DNA of 64,000 nucleotides. Origin: Thermodesulfovibrionales bacterium. GTDB taxonomy: Bacteria; Nitrospirota; Thermodesulfovibrionia; Thermodesulfovibrionales; UBA9159. The stretch lies in the NCBI GenBank assembly GCA_035686305.1, contig DASRZP010000050.1, forward strand, positions 3,338-67,337, read 5' to 3'. A program made the position numbers and the translations under genes. The notes under the pieces are model-generated. The model saw only the letters and a program-made list of their open reading frames with translations, had not been told where the DNA came from and searched no databases. Of the stretch, positions 9,658 through 19,400 are shown piece by piece (the stretch's first letter is position 1; the number at the start of each line of letters is the position of its first letter).

Positions 9658-10428
9658 TTAGTTGACCGCCTTGGCTATGACCGTCAGAAACTGGTTAACG
9701 GTATCGTATTCGACTCGCAAGGTTTTATACCCGTTTTTCTTCATCAAAGCTCTTATACTTGGCTCGTTATAAAAATAGTGGTGGGTATCGCAAATGTAAG
9801 GCTGATGATATTGCGGCACCTGAAAATAAAGCAGGCACCCCCTGTTCTGCACTTTCTTCAGCTCCATAAAGAAGGCCGCTGGCTCAAAGATATGCTCAAG
9901 TGTATGCCACATGACAATGCAGTCAGCCCTTTGATGCACCTCCGATATTTCGTGGTACATGGTAATATTGTCGCCCACTTTGACATGCTTCTTTGTCTCT
10001 TCAAAGACTGAAAGGCTGAGATCCACTCCTACCACACTCTTGAAGCCTATTTCACTTGCGGCAATCAGCAGCGTGCCTCGTCCGCTCCCTATTTCGAGAA
10101 ATGTCTGACGATGGTAAGCGGGCATAAGATCAAGAATATTGGCAATAATGCCTTTGTGGGACTCAATAGTGGGCCGGAGCTCAACTATCTCAGATTCCGT
10201 ATACCGGTAGAATTCAGTGAGACCGGTTTTCTGCAGAGTCAGATCCTGTGCTTGCCTGGTATAGTTCATAATGACAAAACAATTAGAGCAGATATACATG
10301 TCATCAATGTTGCCGTTAATGTTGAGTCTTTTTTCAAAAGAAACAAGCCTACCGTCAAAACATACCTTGCACTGTCCGCCGTCAAGTGAGATTATATCCC
10401 TCAGCTTTTGAAAAATGGTTTTCAGCAA
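9658..10428 (-). CDS. class I SAM-dependent methyltransferase with N-terminal Cys-pair (zinc-ribbon-like) region
   Basis: SAM motif I FLEIGSGRGTL. N-terminal CKVC...CSNC. 7-nt overlap with the upstream gene. Confidence 0.7.
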   Translation of the reverse strand: MLKTIFQKLRDIISLDGGQCKVCFDGRLVSFEKRLNINGNIDDMYICSNCFVIMNYTRQAQDLTLQKTGLTEFYRYTESEIVELRPTIESHKGIIANILDLMPAYHRQTFLEIGSGRGTLLIAASEIGFKSVVGVDLSLSVFEETKKHVKVGDNITMYHEISEVHQRADCIVMWHTLEHIFEPAAFFMELKKVQNRGCLLYFQVPQYHQPYICDTHHYFYNEPSIRALMKKNGYKTLRVEYDTVNQFLTVIAKAVN

Positions 10429-11519
10429 TGAAGTCTTCCCATCGCATGATGAAGTTTCTTGTAAAGTTTTTCCAATTCATTTGGTATTGCACTTTCTGCA
10501 AGATCTGCCTTGCCCCCCTCAACACGATAAATAAGGATAATATCACCCAAGGTCCTCAAGTCAGGATTATCATGGTCAGGGGTAGCCTTTCGAAGGACGG
10601 TAATCTTCTTATCGCCGAAATGGGCTGCTGCATCAACAACATAGTTAACAGTCTGTTGATTAAAAGCATGCCAATGGAGGTCGTTTCGCTTTGCAGCGGC
10701 ATGTGCACAATCATGGGCAAGCCATGCTACCGTGTTCTTGTCGCACTCTTTATAAGTCCCCTCATTTATCCATCCCATGATGAAGGAATATATATGCTCC
10801 CTGGATTCATAAGTGTCCTCGTCCCTGTCTAATAAATAGTCGAGCAATAAATGTTCTGCCGATGGCAATATCCTGTCCTTATCGGGACAGCAACCGGCAT
10901 CAGGAATGGAAATTACCGCGATCCCTCCATCTTTTATGAGAGAATTCCAATAAATAAGAGTTTTAACAGGATTAGATGAGTGTTCTAATACATTATGGGC
11001 TATTAAGAAATCGGCACCGTTCGGGAGACGCTGATCAAAAGCGGCAAGAGAATAAGTCTTATTAATGTTTCTTTGATCAACGTTAAACAGTGCAGCTAAT
11101 TCCTGCTCATTTCTTTTATCAAAGTATTCACACGTTGCAGACTCAGGGAGTTTTTGTGGATTGGGACCCGCGCCAATTTCGATCCCATGACCTGAGAGGA
11201 ACGAAGAGGACACGTTATATCTAATGCTCTGAAACGTACCCGCCGGCAGCTTTTTTTCATGTCTCATTTCTGCTGGCTGGAGTTTATCACCTAGCGGTTC
11301 TCCCTGAGGTATCTTTGCAATGACCTGCTCAGGAACCTCCTTGACTTTTTCCCAGCAAAATCCCATTTTCTCAAAAGTCTTCGGACAAACAATCCACCTC
11401 CGGCAGCCTCCGTTGACATGAAAAATCTTACCTGAATCAGGCCCCTGTTTCGAATAAATCAGCTGGCCTTCATAGTCAGACCTGACAATCATTTTCATTA
11501 GCTTATGAATAAAGGTCAT
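10422..11519 (-). CDS. putative SAM-dependent methyltransferase with long N- and C-terminal extensions
   Basis: GIEIGAGPNP motif I-like segment and ...FLIAHNVLEHSSNP...DGGIAVISIPD (Methyltransf_11/23-like). The flanking ~100-aa regions are unassigned. Confidence 0.55.
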   Translation of the reverse strand: MTFIHKLMKMIVRSDYEGQLIYSKQGPDSGKIFHVNGGCRRWIVCPKTFEKMGFCWEKVKEVPEQVIAKIPQGEPLGDKLQPAEMRHEKKLPAGTFQSIRYNVSSSFLSGHGIEIGAGPNPQKLPESATCEYFDKRNEQELAALFNVDQRNINKTYSLAAFDQRLPNGADFLIAHNVLEHSSNPVKTLIYWNSLIKDGGIAVISIPDAGCCPDKDRILPSAEHLLLDYLLDRDEDTYESREHIYSFIMGWINEGTYKECDKNTVAWLAHDCAHAAAKRNDLHWHAFNQQTVNYVVDAAAHFGDKKITVLRKATPDHDNPDLRTLGDIILIYRVEGGKADLAESAIPNELEKLYKKLHHAMGRLHC

Positions 11520-11671
11520 GAAATACTTCTCTCATGCAACTTTTGTGCGTCCTTTTCTATTAATTGTACGGAAGCTATAGTTTTAGTTTGACACAAACAT
11601 TCAAGAGTTGTTTTGTTCTCGTAGTTGCCCATCTAGTGCTCTTTGGTTACGCTTTCTTGAGAAAGATACTC

Positions 11672-13015
11672 CTAATGCCTATCTGTGATCACTCCGGGGA
11701 ACACATGCGTTTCCGAATCGTTCACATCACGAACTTTATTAAGCGGACAAACATTGCATAGACCGTCAACATGATTGCTGTTCACCGTCCTCCTCAGGAA
11801 TCGCCGCACAGGCCCATTCCACACTTTCCAGAACCCGTCATTAAGGATGTTGCCGTCTTCATTCCCAAAGGCACCGCAGCACAGCAGTGCATCCCCGGTA
11901 CCCTTGATAAAAATGAAATCCCAAGGATATGTACATCGCAGAGCTGCAGGTTTGGCAATCAAAGGCCGTACAGAAAGGTCTCCCACGATGGAACCGAGCG
12001 GCGTTTCGGAAAGCCCTTCATCAAGCGCCTTCTGCCACGCCTTAGCCCTTATGGAATAATTCTCCCTGAAATTATATTCAGGGATAGGAGGAACCGTTTG
12101 TTCATTCTTACGGTCAGCACCCTCAAATGGTGGCGGGAAAGTGACGTTAACGCCCAGGTCAAGGGCAAGCTTCCTGCAGCGGTCGAGCATTTTGTTGGTG
12201 CGGTATTTCTCGTGTATCACCGAAGCGTCAAACATCTCCTGATGGACAACGGTCATATAGGGAATAGCTGCGCTCTTCACTCCGAGATCGGCACAGACCC
12301 TGATGAAGTTCTCCACATCAGCAAGATTGAAGCGACCAAGCACAAAGGACATGCCAATGCCAGGTCTGTCCACCCCAAGTTCAGACTTCCGTCTCTGCAT
12401 ATACGCAATATTCTTCACAATAGTCCTAAAGACGCGAACCCCCACAACCTTTTCGTGGACCACTTCACTTCCAGCATTTAGAGAAACGTTTAACCATGCT
12501 AGATTTCCTTCAATAAGAAAATCTGTCACCGATTCTGTCAGGGCAACTCCGTTGGTACACACCCTCATTGCGGAATAAGGAAATTTATCTCTGCAGAACA
12601 TATATACGTCCCTGAAGTCGGGTTGAATCAGCGGCTCACCTTCTCCCTGCAGATCAACATTTTGGGGGTACCCCCTATCCACATCCTTGAATATGATCTT
12701 GAGTTTCTCCCTGTCTATATAACTCAGATTTCGTCCAGCGGCATATTGTTTATGAAATACGGTCTGACCGCAAAACCTGCATAGAATATTGCAGACAGAA
12801 GACATACTGATTACGAGTGTCTTCGGCCATGACTTGCAGTATTCAGAAGAATACTCAATCTCTCTGTCGTTCAAAAACCCATGTGCCCCTCTTGGGTCCA
12901 TCTCAAATCGCTTCTGAAACTCCCGCCAGTACACGCGGGGCAGAACCTCCAGGTCCTCACTTTTGTCTTCCCGTTTACTGCCGAAGAGTTTTCGGAGTCT
13001 TCCTGTCAAGTCCAT
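11672..13015 (-). CDS. radical SAM enzyme with C-terminal partial SPASM (twitch-like) domain
   Basis: CNILCRFC (CX3CX2C) at about aa 75. The C-terminal CTYPWDFIFIKGTGDALLC fits CX9-15GX4C, followed by only CNVC, so the full seven-Cys SPASM pattern is absent. Confidence 0.8.
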   Translation of the reverse strand: MDLTGRLRKLFGSKREDKSEDLEVLPRVYWREFQKRFEMDPRGAHGFLNDREIEYSSEYCKSWPKTLVISMSSVCNILCRFCGQTVFHKQYAAGRNLSYIDREKLKIIFKDVDRGYPQNVDLQGEGEPLIQPDFRDVYMFCRDKFPYSAMRVCTNGVALTESVTDFLIEGNLAWLNVSLNAGSEVVHEKVVGVRVFRTIVKNIAYMQRRKSELGVDRPGIGMSFVLGRFNLADVENFIRVCADLGVKSAAIPYMTVVHQEMFDASVIHEKYRTNKMLDRCRKLALDLGVNVTFPPPFEGADRKNEQTVPPIPEYNFRENYSIRAKAWQKALDEGLSETPLGSIVGDLSVRPLIAKPAALRCTYPWDFIFIKGTGDALLCCGAFGNEDGNILNDGFWKVWNGPVRRFLRRTVNSNHVDGLCNVCPLNKVRDVNDSETHVFPGVITDRH

Positions 13016-13034
13016 TACAATTAAGCCTCCTCCT

Positions 13035-14807
13035 TTACTCCTGCGCAGAAATCACGTCTCTCGCGGCCTGGTATGCCGGAAGCGCATGTAAATGCCAGTA
13101 ACACATGACAAACAGCGTCCATAACTGCAGGGGCAGAATACGCCGGTGCTGATAATACATTTCGACATGTTTTCTTAAAAGTCGCGCATTCAGGACCTCG
13201 GCAAGACCTGTCCGGGGAAGGGACTCGAAAACGTCGACAATCAAAGACTTCAGCAGGTCCAGGAGACGGTCGACCGGTACGGTAAACCCCATCTTCTGAC
13301 GATCGATGATGACCTTAGGAAGGTATGGGGACATCGCCTCTTTGAGCAGCCATTTTGTTGTCCCCCGGGGGTGCAGTTTGTAGCCTTGGGGCAGGCCAGC
13401 GACATAATCAAAGAGTTCTTTGTCAAGAAAAGGGAATCGACCCTCAAGAGAATGTGCCATTAAGATCTTATCGGCTTTCATCATCAGATTTTCGGGCATC
13501 CATGTCTTCATATCATAGGCCAGCATGCCGTTCAGCTGTGGTTGTTCTTCAAAGTATTTCCTAAAACGCAGCGTGTGAGGAGGAATGAAGGGATCGTTCA
13601 TGAAATCAAGCGCATTGCTGAAATACCAGCTCCTGTCCATAAACTCTTGAAAGCGTACGTGGTAAGGGATATTCGAAGTCATCATGTGATGATACTGAGT
13701 GTAGCCACCAAAGACTTCATCGCCACCTTCGCCTGAAAGAACGACTGTTACATGTCTCTTCAGGTCTTCACAAAGACGAAAAAGTGGTAGACATGCCGGA
13801 TCAGCGATAGGTTCGTCCAAGGCAACAGTGATACGGTTGAAATCCCTTGCGAGTTCTTCTGCTGTCGTTACCACTTCTATATGTTTCAGCCCGTATTTTC
13901 TTGCTACAGCCCGCGAAAATTCAAACTCATTAACCTCAGGGAACCCGATATTGAAGGTTGTTAATTTGGCTCCGGCCTGATGAATAAAATATGCTATAGT
14001 GCTGGAATCAATTCCACCGCTCAACAGAACACCAATGGGAACCTCACCCATCAACTGTGATGTGACCGCTTTCAACATCTTCCTCATCAGTTCCTCTTTA
14101 ACATCATTGAGATCCGGCAAAGGATAGGGATCTCTGTAGTCAGCATCCCAGTATCGGTATTGAGCGGAGATGCCATTCTTTATCGTAAGATATGTCCCGG
14201 CATCGAGCCTGCGAATGTTCCTAAAAAAGGTAAAGGGTGCCGGAATATAGCGGAATGTCAGATAATCCTGAAACCCTGCGGAGTCGAGTGAAAGGTCTAT
14301 GCCGGGAATACCTACGATTCCTTTTAATTCAGAAGAGAAAATAAATCTTTCCCCGTCTTCATAAATATAGAGTGGTTTGATGCCAAACCGATCTCTGACA
14401 AGATAAATAGTGTTTTTCCTATCGTCCCATATGCAGAAAGCGAACATGCCGTTCAGCATGGCAAAAGCATCCGCTCCATATACCTCGTAAGCCTTTACGA
14501 TCACCTCAGTGTCAGAATGGGTTTTGAACGTATACCCTTTTTGAACAAGGTCATCTTTCAGTGTGGCAAAATTATAAATTTCTCCGTTATAGACAATCCC
14601 TATCGTCTTATCTTCGCTGTAAATGGGCTGATGTCCTCCTGCGATATCAAGAATTGCGAGACGCAGATTGAGGAAAGCCCGAAATGCATCACTATGGAAT
14701 CCTGAGTCATCAGGACCGCGATGGCGCATAGTCTTCCCAAAAATTTCCAGATACTCCCCAACAGGTTGAGGGTTCCGCTTGCCGATGACACCGGCTATTC
14801 CGCACAT
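13035..14807 (-). CDS. asnB: asparagine synthase (glutamine-hydrolysing) family amidotransferase
   Basis: Ntn start MCGIAG (start trimmed to this Met). The SGGIDSS PP-loop motif is present. Confidence 0.85.
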   Translation of the reverse strand: MCGIAGVIGKRNPQPVGEYLEIFGKTMRHRGPDDSGFHSDAFRAFLNLRLAILDIAGGHQPIYSEDKTIGIVYNGEIYNFATLKDDLVQKGYTFKTHSDTEVIVKAYEVYGADAFAMLNGMFAFCIWDDRKNTIYLVRDRFGIKPLYIYEDGERFIFSSELKGIVGIPGIDLSLDSAGFQDYLTFRYIPAPFTFFRNIRRLDAGTYLTIKNGISAQYRYWDADYRDPYPLPDLNDVKEELMRKMLKAVTSQLMGEVPIGVLLSGGIDSSTIAYFIHQAGAKLTTFNIGFPEVNEFEFSRAVARKYGLKHIEVVTTAEELARDFNRITVALDEPIADPACLPLFRLCEDLKRHVTVVLSGEGGDEVFGGYTQYHHMMTSNIPYHVRFQEFMDRSWYFSNALDFMNDPFIPPHTLRFRKYFEEQPQLNGMLAYDMKTWMPENLMMKADKILMAHSLEGRFPFLDKELFDYVAGLPQGYKLHPRGTTKWLLKEAMSPYLPKVIIDRQKMGFTVPVDRLLDLLKSLIVDVFESLPRTGLAEVLNARLLRKHVEMYYQHRRILPLQLWTLFVMCYWHLHALPAYQAARDVISAQE

Positions 14808-16456
14808 ATCTGTTCCCCGCAAGCGTCAGAGACGGTCGATCGCAAGACAAAATGGGGGATCCGGTCAATAACCAGCCTTATCCTCTGATGCATGTCTTTT
14901 CTGTCTTTGTAACCGGTAAACATGATTTTGACAATCACCTGACTTCGCGTCCCTCCGGGTGGAATGATGCCGAAATCAATGACAGCAGTCCAAATCTTTC
15001 CATAAGGGTTATCATAAGCATTTTTATCATTGGGTGTGTCAACATGGGACAATAACTTTTCAAACCTGAACCAATCATCCTGCCAATAAACCACGCCACC
15101 ACCCTCGAAGGTATAATTATCTATATAAGCTACGTGCTTTTCCTTTCTCCGGTCCGGCATGAGAGGTTTCTCCGCGTCCCATGTAGCAAAATATCTGATC
15201 CCTTCTGACTCAGGAGGTGCGTAAAGACCTGCAAACATCCCCCCATTCGAATCGTTATAGAGTCCCAACCAGTTGTTTTTGTTATGCCGATTCTTATCGT
15301 CAATGGTCCATCGACGGGCGAAACCGTACTCGCCATCGTCCCAATATTGATGAACGTTCTTCTGTGAACTGTCATTCTCAGTCATATATGCGCCATCCTG
15401 AAGCACGTAGAGGAACCTGAGCGGTTTTGGGAAGTCATTCTTTATGGAGATGCTCATCGGCACATACTGTTCTTCAAAATACATTTCATGCCGTACCCTT
15501 ATAGTTGCCGGAGGCGCTTTTGATCTTGCCTTCTCTTCAGCCTCACTCATTGCGAAAGGATTGAAACCAGCCCCATTGAAGTAGGTATGCTCAACAAAGG
15601 CAATCTTGTTGTTGCCTTTCAGCCCGTGTGAATAGCTCCATTTTAGGGCAGTAGCCCTTGTCCTGAAAGAGGTGTCATCATTATATGCAATGATCAGATC
15701 ATCAGGGATGCAGAAATAGTCATACAATTTCTCGTAATCATAGACAAAAAAGTTCTCGTAAAAATACCCTTCACCGTTTCCCTTATCGCCAAAGGTCATG
15801 GCAATGTTGTTGAGTTTACTGCGGTATCCCTGTCTGTTTTTGAACTCGAGCCAAGTAAAATACTGGTTTTCAGTCGTGTCCTCTTCGAAAAGTTCCTCGC
15901 GGGAGCCTATACTAAAGCTGGCTTTATCAAAGAGGACACTATGTTTGTCCCTCACCCACAGGTGAAGCCGTACGACCTGCGTCGTCTCAGAAATAATCCC
16001 GCACACGACAAGATGCTCCCAATCGCCTGACCCTGAGTGCGGCACTGAATTCTTCCATTGCTTGCCGTCATAGACACTTAAAAAAACGGAATCCTGGACG
16101 TCGCTTTTTACCCAGCCGCTAAAAATAAAAGCCCGAGCATCGCCGCTGACTCCAGCCTTAACGTCTTGGTACAAGGCAATGGCAACACCTGAATTCTTAG
16201 CCACCTTTGCACTTGCTCTTCCTGATTTGACGAGAGTCGTCTCTCGTGTAACGGTCCCTGTCCCTTCACCCCCGATTATCCAGCCATCAGGGGCCTCAGC
16301 TTCCCCTTTGCTCCAGATCTCGAAATCTCCATTGACGAGCGAGTCGCTTGCCGCCAGCGCCGGGCAAACATCAAAAAGGACCAGCAGGCAAAAGAGGGCG
16401 AAGAGAAGCCTTATGACTGCATGTCTTATAACAGCTGACATAGAGACGCTACCCAA
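14795..16456 (-). CDS. secreted protein of unknown function with N-terminal CBM4/9-like jelly-roll region
   Basis: Signal peptide (..LFDVCPALAASD). SLVNGDFE...FSGWVKSD pattern typical of carbohydrate-binding modules. The remaining ~370 aa match nothing I recognise. The gene overlaps both neighbours. Confidence 0.6.
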   Translation of the reverse strand: MGSVSMSAVIRHAVIRLLFALFCLLVLFDVCPALAASDSLVNGDFEIWSKGEAEAPDGWIIGGEGTGTVTRETTLVKSGRASAKVAKNSGVAIALYQDVKAGVSGDARAFIFSGWVKSDVQDSVFLSVYDGKQWKNSVPHSGSGDWEHLVVCGIISETTQVVRLHLWVRDKHSVLFDKASFSIGSREELFEEDTTENQYFTWLEFKNRQGYRSKLNNIAMTFGDKGNGEGYFYENFFVYDYEKLYDYFCIPDDLIIAYNDDTSFRTRATALKWSYSHGLKGNNKIAFVEHTYFNGAGFNPFAMSEAEEKARSKAPPATIRVRHEMYFEEQYVPMSISIKNDFPKPLRFLYVLQDGAYMTENDSSQKNVHQYWDDGEYGFARRWTIDDKNRHNKNNWLGLYNDSNGGMFAGLYAPPESEGIRYFATWDAEKPLMPDRRKEKHVAYIDNYTFEGGGVVYWQDDWFRFEKLLSHVDTPNDKNAYDNPYGKIWTAVIDFGIIPPGGTRSQVIVKIMFTGYKDRKDMHQRIRLVIDRIPHFVLRSTVSDACGEQICAE

Positions 16457-19400
16457 GAACCTCAGACATGATCTCTTCCCATGCCTTCAAATATCTGTCG
16501 TGGTTGAAAATATCCATAGCAGTCTTTCTTCCTTCCAGCCCTATCTTTCGGCATGTATCAGGATTCTTCAAAAGGTAAACCAGATATTCCCTCAGCTCAT
16601 CGGGGTCGTTTGAATAAAACCCGTTCACTCCATTCTTCACGAACATCTCAACATCGTGATTATTAACACTAACAGTAGCAAGCCCGCACATCATGGCTTC
16701 CCCTCTCGCACGAGGCATAGGAGAGCGTACTGTAGGGTTAAAATAGATTGAATACTGCCGGATACTGTTGGCATAGTTGCGGAATTTTGCAGTGGCGTAA
16801 GCGTTGGTGGCCTTTTCATATTTCGTATGCGGTTCCGGCACCAAATAACTGTCAGGCAAGTTGACAAGAGGAAACTTCTTGAACACTTCCCTATACACGA
16901 AATGGCCCCGGTAATGCGGACGCTCCTTCATTTTTTCCCCCAGTGTTAGCATGCCTTTTTCGAAGGTCGAAGGAGGGAATTCAGCAGGATCGAATCCCTG
17001 CCAGACCACTTTCGACTTACTGAATCTCCATTCCCTCTGTGCCTGATGGGAATTCACTATGACAGGCGTATCCCCCAAGAAATCTACCAGTTTTACCCTC
17101 TCATGTTCGATGACCTTTGTTACCTCTCTGTCATCGCACGGCATATTATATTGGCCGTAAAACTGCGGCGTGCCGTGACATATGGCAACTTTCGGGATAT
17201 GGGCATTTTTCATAAACCATTGAAAATTTATTCCCCACTCAGGCCCAAGAACTCCGTTGGTGTTTTGAGGCGATAGAACGTTTTCGTCAAAATGCAGGAT
17301 CGCAAAGTCGAAATCGTTGACATCCACATCGTCATAATTCTTGAAGACCGCATTCCGGGGTAGCGGTCTCTGATCATAATCCCATTCATTAGTAAAGCCG
17401 GGAGCTATCCCCTTTATCAGAACAAATTCATGCGGAAGTTTGTAAAGCTCGTATTGGTGGGGGCAGTGCCAACGATATGTCACTATCCTCAGTCTTCGCT
17501 TCGGTCTTTTCACATAAAAGGGTGGCGGCAGGAATCTCTGAAACATGTTATCGAGATACAGCCTGTCGTCATTCTTGGGATGGCCGTTCTCTTCTACCCA
17601 TCTGCAGATATTCTGATACGTCTCAAGGGTCCATCTCCTGGATACCAACAGAAGGTCTGGATGCTTTTCAAAAAGTTTTCTGAAATTCTTGAGAGATCGC
17701 AAAGATTTAGTTCTTTCGTCCACAGAGGAAGGATGAGAAATATGGATGCTGAGACCACGGGGCGTGAACTTAATTCGTGCACCTCTCGTATAGAGCCGGT
17801 ACCCCATCTCTATGTCTTCCCAGCCAAAGCCAGAATCCTTATCTGTCGAATAGGAGAAGGCGGTATCGAAAAGTTCTTCCCTTATGAAATCCCTCTTTAT
17901 CGAGAAGTTCCTTGTGATACAGTTCAAGAAGCTCTGGAGGTTCACCCGATCCTGCAATACGCAATCAAACATAGCTTTGGCAGGGTCGTCCTCATATCTC
18001 TTGAGGACAGCAAAAGGAGCCTGACCGTTCGTCTCAATGTTAAAGGGACCTACGGCAGCGTCGCAATCATCATATGCATATGCCTCGGCGTGTGCTGACA
18101 GGAAGTCCTTGTTCACGATACAGTCCGAGTCGATGACGATGATGATGTCACCTTTTGCATTCCGTATCCCGGTATTTCTTGATCCACAGTTTCCCATGTT
18201 CTCTTGGTTTTCTATGATACGGATGTCGCACCTTTTCCCGGCGTCGCCTTTCTCCTGGAGATCTGCAATGAACTGCCTGACAATCTTCACCGAATCGTCA
18301 TCTGACTCGTCGTCGACAAAAATAACTTCAAAATTTCCCGGGTATTCCTGCCTCATGAGGGCTTCAAGAAAGAAGCCGACTTGTTCTCCTTTGTTGTACA
18401 AAACGCTTACAATGCTGAATAGCGGCAGGCTTTCAGGCAGGACGAATTCCCTGTGTGCGTCAAGAGGCTTCACACTATCGCAACTCGCATCTCCAAGGAC
18501 TACTTCTATGTCGTCCCCCCTTGTCAGGGAATGCCCCCCATTTGTGTAGCCTTGAATTCGGTTATATCGTTCCACCGGGATTAAGTCCCTACTGGGGGAG
18601 GAAAACCGCTTTATCAATGTAAAGAGAAGGGGTCTGATCAAACGCGATCTCCTCGTATAGACAGGCAACAGGTGATAATCAACGAGATTCTGAATTTTCT
18701 TCAGTACCTTCCATGATGCGCTGTCTTCTATAGCCTTCAGGCGGGTTAGATCGTGTTCCGCAAGTGCGTCAACGACATAATTTTTATGGAGCTGGATCTC
18801 TCTGTCTTTTTGCACTATTACCAGATCCTTCTGTTTCAATAAGGCTTCTTTGCGGCTGATCTCCTCCTCTTTTTGCCTGATCTGGTCGTCTTTAGCCAGC
18901 AGCGACGACTCCTTCTGACGGAGGACGACATCTCTTTCTTTCAGATCCAGTTCCAGCTTCTGGTTCAGCATGTGAATATATTGTATCTCTGACTCCCTCT
19001 GTTTCAATATGGTGTCCTTCCTATCCAGTTCACTGGTTCTCTGCTGCAGTAGTCCTTCTTTAAATTTCAAGGTAGCATCCCTATTGTATATCTCCTTGAA
19101 ATTGAATACATCGCAGTTCCCTGTCAATTTTATAAGGTCGGAGCAAGTGAAATTGAACTTCTCCTTAAGCTCCAATGCCATCCCTGCATCGCCTAGAAGT
19201 TCATACAGTTTGTTCAGAGCATAATTATGGTAAACGTGATAATTTGTATTCACTTGAAGGGCCAACTGGGCAAGATAGAAAGGGATGAACCGGCTGGACA
19301 TCTCCTCATAAACGTTGTTGACTTCGGGAAATATTTTTCGGAATTCATCGATTGACGTCATGCTCGAATAGTTCTCAAGAATATGGGTATACTCCCATAT

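Noticed and set aside
13035-14822. Asparagine-synthase homologue near an ABC transporter, considered as a lasso-peptide cyclase (C protein).
   Set aside because: The protein keeps the N-terminal MCGIAG glutaminase nucleophile. There is no B-protein/RRE (PqqD-like or transglutaminase) gene. The context is saturated with sugar-modifying enzymes. A glycan amidotransferase role is far more parsimonious.
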